This document shows, in pieces, positions 57,052 to 64,000 of a stretch of DNA of 64,000 nucleotides (positions are counted from its first letter, which is position 1; each line of letters starts with the position of its first letter). The stretch is from positions 12,291 to 76,290 of the forward strand of contig CAVRKQ010000010.1 in the NCBI GenBank assembly GCA_963722105.1, given 5' to 3'. The notes under the pieces were generated by a model, which saw nothing but the letters and a program-made list of their open reading frames with translations, had not been told where the DNA came from and ran no database searches. The translations under genes and the position numbers were made by a program. This DNA is from an uncultured Chloroflexia bacterium (GTDB taxonomy: Bacteria; Chloroflexota; Limnocylindria; Limnocylindrales; CSP1-4).

Positions 57052-57501
57052 TCAGGGGTTGGGTTCGTACGTCTGCCGGTCGTAGCCGAAAAGCGTGTTG
57101 TAGGTGATCTCGAAACGGTCTGGGGTAAACCTGTACCACTCGTAGCCGTCGGTGAGGATGTCGCCCGGCGACTGCGGAGCGGGCATGCCGCGCTTCGCCT
57201 GCAAGCGCTGCTCCAACGCGAACATCGTGCCCTCGACCCGCATCGCCCTGCCGCTCATCTGGAGGGCGCGCTCGTTGTCCGTAGCGTGTGTCGCGATGAC
57301 GACGGCAGCGATCTGCGGGTTCTCGGCGATCGCGCGCGAGTGTTGGCAATCCGCGATCGAGATCCAATACAGATCGAAGGCATCGTCAACGACGTACACC
57401 ACCGGCGCGATCCACGGGCCGCTCGCATCGCAAACGCCAAGGTTCACTGCGAAGCCATCGCGCAGCACCTCCTGCACGACCGATTTCAAGTCCCGCGCCA
57501 T
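57052..57501 (-). CDS. Pyridoxamine 5'-phosphate oxidase-like (FMN-binding split-barrel) family protein
   Basis: 149 aa: MARDLKSVVQEVLRDGFAVNLGVCDASGPWIAPVVYVVDD...ALQMSGRAMRVEG. Family call rests on overall pattern only. Confidence 0.6.
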   Translation of the reverse strand: MARDLKSVVQEVLRDGFAVNLGVCDASGPWIAPVVYVVDDAFDLYWISIADCQHSRAIAENPQIAAVVIATHATDNERALQMSGRAMRVEGTMFALEQRLQAKRGMPAPQSPGDILTDGYEWYRFTPDRFEITYNTLFGYDRQTYEPNP

Positions 57502-57528
57502 GCCGTGACTGTAACGAAAACCGCCGAA

Positions 57529-57588
57529 GGGCTGGCGCTCCGGCGGTGGCGGGAGGAGGGCCTCGGGTCGAGCCCCGGTGACGCGACG
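57529..57588 (-). repeat. Diverged direct copy of rarA codons 5-24 (partner copy 56922-56981), in frame with but lacking a start codon upstream of the PNPOx-like gene
   Basis: Hand alignment gives 49 of 60 nt identical. Encoded RRVTGARPEALLPPPPERQP compares with rarA RRVTGARPEALFQPPPERQP. Confidence 0.75.
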
Positions 57589-57651
57589 GGCTGGCGTCCG
57601 GGCACGTAACGGCCCTTCGGCGCGCCGCGGATCTCAAGCCCGATCACGTGA

Positions 57652-57999
57652 CTACTTCTTGATCCAGGGCAGGTAGTGCTTGGGCTGCTCGCCCTGCGCG
57701 AGGTTGGCCTCGATCTCGGCATTCACCTCGCCGAGGAGCTCGCCCTCGACCGTGCCCGTGGTCAGGACCTGCGCGCCAATCTCGGCCATGTTCTGCCCAT
57801 GCTCGAGCAGCGCGTCGACGTCGCGGAACCGTTCGATCACGACCGCCGCGGTCTCGTCAGCAGTGAAGTAGATCGAGTACTCGATGGTGCCCGGCTCCTT
57901 CGCCCGCACGACGGCCATCGCCTGCTCCGAGAGGCGCTTGTACTCCTCGACCTTGCCGGGATGGAACCGGAATCGGGCGATGCCGACGAGCTCGCTCAT
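57652..57999 (-). CDS. ABM-like (dimeric alpha/beta-barrel) monooxygenase family protein
   Basis: 115 aa: IARFRFHPGKVEEYKRLSEQAMAVVRAKEPGTIEYSIYF...VIERFRDVDALLEH. Confidence 0.55.
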   Translation of the reverse strand: MSELVGIARFRFHPGKVEEYKRLSEQAMAVVRAKEPGTIEYSIYFTADETAAVVIERFRDVDALLEHGQNMAEIGAQVLTTGTVEGELLGEVNAEIEANLAQGEQPKHYLPWIKK

Positions 58000-58063
58000 G
58001 TGCGTGGCCTCCAGCGCGTGACGGTCGGCCAGTCTGACTGGCGAGCGAGAAGGACGCTGGCAA

Positions 58064-58984
58064 TCAGACCGGCTGGAGCGCCTCGGCGTCGCGCCGGTCG
58101 CTCAACGTCACTCCCAGCGCCGCGATGGTGACGCACACCACGGCGAGCACCCCCTGGAGGCTCATCGCCTGGGCGAGCAGGACGGCGCCGATCGCCGCCG
58201 CCGCCACGGGCTCCAAGGTCACGAGGATCCCGTACGACCGCGCCGACATCCGCTTCAGCGCCTCGAACTCCAGCGACAACGGCAGCGCCGTCGACAGCAC
58301 CGCGACGGCGAGGGCCGCGCCCAGCAGGATCGGATCGAGCGCGCCCAGACCCCCGACGACCAGCTCAACGGGCAAGACCACCAGCGCCGCGACCGCCATG
58401 CCGATCGCGAGCCCCGAGCTCCCGGGCATGACCCGGCCCATCCGCCGGCTCATGAGGATGAAGCCGGCCCAGCACAGTCCTGCGCCGGCGGCGAGCGCCA
58501 CGCCGAGCGGGTCCAGCGTCCCGCCGATCTCCGGCGTGAGCAGGAAGATGCCCAGCGCCGCGAGCGCGATCCAGGCGAAGTCCCGTGGCCGCCGCGACGA
58601 CGCGACAGCTACGCCCAGCGGCCCGACGAACTCGATCGCCACCGCGATGCCGAGCGGGATCCGCGCGATCGCCCCGTAGAAGCACAGGTTCATGACGCCG
58701 AGGATCGCGCCGTACAGGACGAGCGACGGCGCGTGATGCAGCGCGCTCCGGGCGATGGTCCGCCGGGCCACGAGCAGCAGGAGGGCAGCCGAGAAGGTGA
58801 CCCGAAGGAAGACCGTGGCGACCGGCCCGATGACGGGGAAGAGGTTGATCGCGACCGCGGCACCCAGCTGGATCGAGATGATCGAGATGATCAGCAGCCC
58901 GGGCGGCGGCACCGCGGCGACAAGGCGGGTCAGCGCGCCGTGGCCCGCCGCCGGGGTCGGTGCACCCGGGGGAGGGGACGACAC
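58064..58984 (-). CDS. EamA/DMT-family transporter
   Basis: Ten TM helices in two EamA repeats. GTG start. Confidence 0.85.
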   Translation of the reverse strand: MSSPPPGAPTPAAGHGALTRLVAAVPPPGLLIISIISIQLGAAVAINLFPVIGPVATVFLRVTFSAALLLLVARRTIARSALHHAPSLVLYGAILGVMNLCFYGAIARIPLGIAVAIEFVGPLGVAVASSRRPRDFAWIALAALGIFLLTPEIGGTLDPLGVALAAGAGLCWAGFILMSRRMGRVMPGSSGLAIGMAVAALVVLPVELVVGGLGALDPILLGAALAVAVLSTALPLSLEFEALKRMSARSYGILVTLEPVAAAAIGAVLLAQAMSLQGVLAVVCVTIAALGVTLSDRRDAEALQPV

Positions 58985-59011
58985 GAGTGAAGCGTACGAC
59001 CGGGTCGCGGG

Positions 59012-60668
59012 TCAGGCGTCGAGCGCGACGTCCTCGTAAACGGCGTCGCCCTCGATGAGCGTCAGCAGCACGCGGGCGTCGCCGAGCCGGTCCGATGGCT
59101 CTCGCGTGAGATCACGATCGAGCATCACGAGGTCCGCCAGCTTGCCGACCTCGATCGACCCCGTCGTGTCATCCGCGTGGTTCGCCCAGGCGGCGCCCAT
59201 CGTGTAGGCCCGCAGGGCCGTCTCGAGGTCGAGCGTCTCGTCAGGGAGGAACGGCTCGCGCTCGCGGTGATCCGGATCGACCCGCCGCACGGCGACCTCC
59301 ACCTGCTGCATCACGTCCGGCGTGCTGACCGTCCAGTCGCTGCCGCCGACGAGGCGAGCGCCAGCCCGCGCAAGGCTTCGGAACGGGTACTGGAACGCGG
59401 CCCGGCCCGGCGGGAGGAATGGGACGGTGAGCTCCGTCATCTGGTCCTCGTTGCGGGCCCAGAGCGGCTGGATGTTCGCGCCGGCATCCAGCGCCGCGAA
59501 GCGCGGCCAGTCGGCCGGGTCGACGAGCTGCAGGTGGGCGAGGTGGGGCCGGGTGTCGGTCATGCCGTTCGCCGCACGCGCTGCCTCGATGGCGTCGAGC
59601 GCCTGGCGAACGGCCCGATCGCCGAGAGCATGGAAGTGGGGCTGGAAGCCGTGCGCGTCGAGCGCCGTCACGAAGCCCTTGAGCGCTCCGGGGTCGATCA
59701 TGTCGATGCCCCGGTTGTCGGTCGTTCGCCCGCCGTCATCGACATATGGCTCGAGAACCGACGCGGTGAAGTTCTCGATCACCCCGTCGAGCATCAGCTT
59801 CACGCTGGTGGCCTCGAGACGGCCGATCGACGAGCGTGCTCGCTCCTCGATCATGCCGTCGATCTGCGGCAGCCCAGCTTCGCGATCCCACCATTGCGCG
59901 GCCACCACTCGCGCGGTCAGCCGCCCGGACTCGGCGAAGCGCCGGTATGCGGCGAGATCCCTGGCATCGACGATCGCGTCCTGCCAGCCGGTGATCCCGA
60001 GCCGGTGGAGGTAGGCCTGGGCGACCTCGAGGCCGGCGACGACGTCCTCGATCGTGGGCGCAGGCAGCAGCCGGCGCACGAGGTCGCTGGCGCCCTCATG
60101 GAGCGTGCCCTGGACATCCGCCGTCGGTCGTGCGCTCGATCCGCCCGTCTGGTGGGTCGATCGACTCCCGGGTGATCCCGGCCCGCTCGAGCGCGCGGCT
60201 GTTGACCCAGGCGCCGTGGCCGTCGCGGTTCTCGAGGAACGCCGGTCGATCCGGGAGCGCGGCGTCGAGGTCCGTCAGCGAAGGCGTGCCGCCGGGGAAC
60301 GCCGCCATTCCCCAGCCCGATCCGACAATCCAGTCGAGGTCGGGTCGAGCCTCGGCGTAGGCGCGAATCGCCTCGAGATAGGCGACCTTCGACTCCGGGA
60401 CGTCGTGCAGCGCGCACTGGCCCATCTCAATGCCGGCGAGCACCGGGTGGGTGTGGGCATCGATGAAGCCCGGGAGCAGCGTCCGGCCTGCGAGGTCGAT
60501 GCGCCGGGTGCGCGGCCCGGCGTGCTCGAGCGCCGTTCGGTCGTCCCCGACCGCGATGATCCGGCCGCCGCCGATCCCGACGGCCGATGCCGTGGGCAGG
60601 GCATTGGCCATCGTCATGACGGAGCCGCCGAGGAGGATGAGATCAGCCGGCTGCGAGCGGTCGGCCAT
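59012..60668 (-). pseudogene. Amidohydrolase-3 family metal-dependent hydrolase, interrupted by one +1 shift near 60121 (probably intact in vivo)
   Basis: N-terminal piece ...LLPGFIDAHTHP...IDPPDGRIERTTDG. Continues in the next frame as DVQGTLHEGASDLVRRLLPAPTIED...HFHALGDRA...GGSDW...GSIEVGKLADLVMLD. An extra G lies in ggcGga. Confidence 0.85.
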
Positions 60669-60673
60669 ACCGG

Positions 60674-61123
60674 CTAGAAGGTGATGACCCCCAGCACGTT
60701 CACGAGGATGTGCAGCACCGCGAGGATCGCCAGCATCAGCCCGCCCGTGACCGCGATCCGCTTCACGTCGCGCGAGACGTAGGCGTACTCGTGCGCGGCG
60801 CGGACGGACAGCGGCGCATTGACGTCACCCGTGACGTGCGTCTCCTCCGCCTGGCCGCGGTTCCGCCGCCGCAGGGACTCCGCGATGTCGGCCTTTTCCT
60901 TCGCCGTCGCCTCGGCCTCGAGCTCGGCGGCGCGCTGGACCTCGGCCTCGGTCAGGCCGCCGCGGCTGGCCCGGATCGTCCCGTCCGCGAGGTGCTCGTG
61001 CGGGACGGCTTCCGGCGGCGCCGGGCGACTGACGCGCTCGACCGCTCCCGGGCTCGCCGAGCTCGCGGCGCGCCGGGCCGGCGACTTTGCCGTTCGACTG
61101 GGGTAGCGGGTTCGTTTCGCCAT
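60674..61123 (-). CDS. Hypothetical tail-anchored membrane protein
   Basis: 149 aa with a basic N-terminus, an acidic coiled segment and a C-terminal TM (IAVTGGLMLAILAVLHILVNVLGVITF). Its stop lies 5 nt before the amidohydrolase ATG. Confidence 0.4.
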   Translation of the reverse strand: MAKRTRYPSRTAKSPARRAASSASPGAVERVSRPAPPEAVPHEHLADGTIRASRGGLTEAEVQRAAELEAEATAKEKADIAESLRRRNRGQAEETHVTGDVNAPLSVRAAHEYAYVSRDVKRIAVTGGLMLAILAVLHILVNVLGVITF

Positions 61124-61196
61124 GGCCGCGGAAGGATAGCAAGGGTCGGTGAGCGGGGGCCAATCGGGCGGCGGTAGACTCGACGCCCGCCCAGGA

Positions 61197-61734
61197 GTGC
61201 GACCTGAACGAGCTGAACGCGCTTGTCTCGGCCAATCTCGGACCGATCGTCGTCGGCCTCGTCGTCGTCGTTTTCGCGCTCGTCCTCGCGGTCGTGGGCC
61301 TGATCCGGCGCGCGCGCAAGCTCGGTCGACGGCTGGAGAGCCTGACGCAGGGCAGCGATGCCCAGTCCCTCGAGGCAGTCCTCGGCGGCCACATGGAGCG
61401 CGTCCGGCAGGTCGTCAACGACGTCAGCTCCGTCGCGGCTCGGACGACCCTCGTCGAACGCGAGCTCCAGGGGGCGTTCGGTCGGGTCGGCCTCGTGCGA
61501 TTCAACCCGTTCGAAGGCGACACCGGCGGGAACCAGAGCTTCGCGCTGGCCCTGCTGGACGGCCGCGGCGATGGGTTCGTCATCAGCAGCCTGCATGCCC
61601 GCGCGATCACGCGGATGTACGCGAAGACCGTCGTGGGCGGGTCGTCCGATGCGGCGCTCTCCGACGAGGAATCGGCGGCGCTTCGACAGGCGCTGGAGAA
61701 GCCTGTCCCGGGCGCGAAGGGTGCGACCGGCTGA
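61197..61734 (+). CDS. DUF4446-like protein (N-terminal TM + cytoplasmic domain); 5' end unresolved
   Basis: ORF-track start GTG 61294 falls inside a TM helix (GPIVVGLVVVVFALVLAVVGLI) encoded in frame upstream without a canonical start. GTG 61197 is one base out of frame; skipping c61200 gives M-DLNELNALVSANLGP. Core sequence GLVRFNPFEGDTGGNQSFALALLD. Confidence 0.5.
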
Positions 61735-61798
61735 TGGCGTGGCACGGGGTTGGCGGCGTGTCAGCAGAGCTGTCACGACCGACCGCCATGCTCCCGGT

Positions 61799-64000
61799 AT
61801 GCCCCCACTCCCACCGGCCCCGGACCCGATGATCCGGACGCGGAATCGCCGCCGGATCCGGCCGCTCGAGCAGATCCCGGTCTGGCACGGCTTCGAGCCG
61901 GCGGCGCCCGCTGCGGGCACCACCGAGACGGTCGGCTTCGGGGACATCGCCGGTCTCGGCCAGCTCCTGGACGGGCTGAACGCCGAGCAGCGACGCGCGG
62001 TCACGCACGGCGACGGGCCGCTCCTGGTCGTGGCGGGGGCGGGAACCGGCAAGACCCAGGTGATCACCCGCCGGATCGCCTGGCTGATCGCGACCAGGCG
62101 GGCCAAGCCGTCCGAGATCCTCGCGCTGACATTCACCGACAAGGCCGCGGAGGAGATGCAGCTCCGCGTCGACCAGCTGGTTCCGTACGGCTATGCGGAC
62201 ACGGCGATCTCGACGTTCCACGCCTTCGGCGACCGGGTGATCCGCGAGTTCGCGTTCGAGCTCGGGCTGGCGCCCGACGTGCGGGTCCTCACGCGGGCCG
62301 AGGTGATCGTGTTCCTTCGGGAGCGGCTGTTCGAGCTCGGGCTGGCGGAGTACCGGCCGCTCGGCGACCCCACGCGGTTCCTCGGCGCGCTGGCGCAGCT
62401 CTTCGCGCGGTGCCGGGACGAAGATGTCTCGCCCGCCGCGTACCTGGCGCACGCCGAGCGGCTCGCGGCCGAGGCAAGCGCCCTCGGCGCAACCGGGTCC
62501 GCTGCGGAGACGGAGGCCGACGCGAATGCGGTTGCGGCGGCCGCCGAGACGGCGCGCCGCCAGGCGGAGCTGGCCGGCGCCTACGTGCGCTACTCGACGC
62601 TCCTGCGGGAGCACGGCGCGATCGACTTCGGCGACCAGGTCTCGATGGCGCTCCAGCTGGTGCGCGACTCCGCCGCGGCGCGCGAGTCGCTCCAGGACCG
62701 CTACCGCTACATCCTCGTCGACGAGTTCCAGGACACGAACCGGGCCCAGTCGGAGCTCGTCGCCCTCCTCGCCGAGCGCCACCGCAACGTGACCGTGGTG
62801 GGCGACGACGACCAGTCGATCTACCGCTTCCGCGGCGCCGCGATCAGCAACATCCTGGGGTTCCGGGACCGCTACCGCGCGGCGAGAACCGTCGTCCTTC
62901 GCCGGAACTATCGCTCCCTGGCCCCGATCCTCGCCGGCGCCCACCGGCTGGTGCGGTTCAACGACCCGGACCGCCTGGAGGTGAAGGTCGGCATCTCCAA
63001 GAAGCTGATCGCGGAGCGGACGGATCGCGCTGCAGCGCCGATTCGTCATCACGCCTTCCCGACCACCGGCGAGGAGGCCGACTGGATCGCCGGCGAGATC
63101 CACCGGCGCGCGGAGGACGCGGCGCGGCCCCGTGACTTCGCGGTGCTCGTCCGCGCGAATGCGGACGCGGACCCGGTGCTGCGATCGCTGACGGCCGCCG
63201 GCTTGCCGTGGCGGTTCTCCGGGACGTCGGGGCTGTACTCGCGGCCGGAGATCCGGCTGCTGCTCGCACTGCTGCGGGCCGTGGCCGATCCTGCCTCAAG
63301 CGTCGACGTCTATGCCCTTGCCGCGTCGGACCGCTACGCGATCCCGGCCGGCGATCTCGCCGAGGTGGCGGGGTCCGCGCGCCGCCGGCACTGGTCCATC
63401 TTCGAGATCCTCGAGGAGCTGGAGGACCAGCCGGGCACGCTCCGCCTCGGGCCCAGGGGCCGCGCCGGACTGGCCCACCTCACGGACGACCTGCGGCGAT
63501 ACCGGGAGCTCGCCCAGCGCCGGCCGGCGGGCGAGGTCCTCTATGCGTTCCTTCGGGACACCGGCTGGCTGAGCGAGCTCGCGGGCGGGCAGAGCGTGGC
63601 GGCCGAGGAGCAGCTCGCGAACATCGGCCGGTTCTTCGACCTCATCCGCAAGCAGTCGGCCCTCCTCGCCGACGACCGCGCCGTCTTCCTGGCGCGGCAC
63701 CTGGCGACGCTCATCGAGGCCGGGGACGACCCGGCGACCGCGGATCCCGATCCGGACGTGGACGCGGTCCACGTGATGACCGTTCACAAGGCCAAGGGCC
63801 TCGAGTTCCCGGTCGTGTTCCTGCCGGGGCTCGTGGCCGACAGGTTCCCCGCGCGCTCTCGCCGAGAGCCGCTGGCCCTCCCGGTCGAGCTGGTCGACGA
63901 GGTCCTGCCCGAGGGCGACGGCCACCTCCAGGAGGAGCGCCGCCTGTTCTACGTCGCGATGACCCGAGCCCGGGACGAGCTGATCCTGAGTCACGCCTCG
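61799..64000 (+). CDS. UvrD/PcrA/Rep-family ATP-dependent DNA helicase (partial; 3' end beyond the window)
   Basis: Not in the ORF track because there is no stop. Hand translation from ATG 61799: LNAEQRRAVTHGDGPLLVVAGAGTGKT, ILVDEFQDTN, VVGDDDQSIYRFRGA, VMTVHKAKGLEFPVVFLPG, RRLFYVAMTRARDEL. The frame is uninterrupted for 2.2 kb. Confidence 0.9.
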   Translation, partial: MPPLPPAPDPMIRTRNRRRIRPLEQIPVWHGFEPAAPAAGTTETVGFGDIAGLGQLLDGLNAEQRRAVTHGDGPLLVVAGAGTGKTQVITRRIAWLIATRRAKPSEILALTFTDKAAEEMQLRVDQLVPYGYADTAISTFHAFGDRVIREFAFELGLAPDVRVLTRAEVIVFLRERLFELGLAEYRPLGDPTRFLGALAQLFARCRDEDVSPAAYLAHAERLAAEASALGATGSAAETEADANAVAAAAETARRQAELAGAYVRYSTLLREHGAIDFGDQVSMALQLVRDSAAARESLQDRYRYILVDEFQDTNRAQSELVALLAERHRNVTVVGDDDQSIYRFRGAAISNILGFRDRYRAARTVVLRRNYRSLAPILAGAHRLVRFNDPDRLEVKVGISKKLIAERTDRAAAPIRHHAFPTTGEEADWIAGEIHRRAEDAARPRDFAVLVRANADADPVLRSLTAAGLPWRFSGTSGLYSRPEIRLLLALLRAVADPASSVDVYALAASDRYAIPAGDLAEVAGSARRRHWSIFEILEELEDQPGTLRLGPRGRAGLAHLTDDLRRYRELAQRRPAGEVLYAFLRDTGWLSELAGGQSVAAEEQLANIGRFFDLIRKQSALLADDRAVFLARHLATLIEAGDDPATADPDPDVDAVHVMTVHKAKGLEFPVVFLPGLVADRFPARSRREPLALPVELVDEVLPEGDGHLQEERRLFYVAMTRARDELILSHAS

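Noticed and set aside
13752-60668. Programmed +1 ribosomal frameshifting or wholesale pseudogenisation as the explanation for the 15 frame breaks
   Set aside because: There is no shared slippery or stimulatory motif at the sites. Essential genes (pbpA, serA) are hit several times. There are no accompanying stops or -1 events, and the flanking protein sequence is fully conserved. Insertion-type sequence error is the more economical explanation, though only reads can prove it.

Overview
This is a very GC-rich bacterial chromosomal segment. Spot counts of single 60-nt lines give about 73% GC in typical genes and about 60% in the ABC-transporter block. Gene content looks like a monoderm Terrabacteria lineage (Chloroflexota or deep Actinomycetota); that placement is inference only.

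Left third, housekeeping: partial cinA, a Holin-X-like membrane protein pair, an ABC-2 exporter, a NUDIX hydrolase, tRNA-Leu(UAG), tig-clpP-clpX, a GGDEF/HD-GYP c-di-GMP enzyme, a T-box(Val) leader plus valS, and a GH13 alpha-glucosidase.

Middle: three tightly packed small Zn-ribbon/HTH genes and YihY. A 614-aa Zn-ribbon protein with a ~350-aa Ala/Glu/Arg coiled-coil region lies divergent from fhaA-fhaB-rodA-pbpA, with no pstP or pknA/B nearby. These are followed by a MoxR-DUF58-transglutaminase triad, a serC-like/serA/histidine-phosphatase operon, and two tandem Ig/cadherin-like surface proteins.

Right: a ~20-kb carbohydrate/sugar-acid island.
- A GH88-gntK-oxidoreductase-TIM-barrel operon.
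- A translationally coupled kdgK-eda-aldehyde dehydrogenase-CoA transferase-enoyl-CoA hydratase operon.
- A CUT2-type sugar ABC importer.
- Two GMC flavoproteins, a second Gfo/Idh/MocA enzyme and an AraC regulator.

After the island come rarA with a diverged direct duplication of its 5' end flanking a PNPOx-family gene, then ABM, EamA, an amidohydrolase, DUF4446 and a partial UvrD-like helicase.

I saw no rRNA, CRISPR array, transposase or integrase.

Striking technical/biological signal: at least 15 conserved reading frames are interrupted, and every interruption is a +1 shift (one extra base). Eleven of the 15 fall in 22.7-31.6 kb. Many long ORFs in the six-frame track are antisense or alternate-frame GC artefacts.
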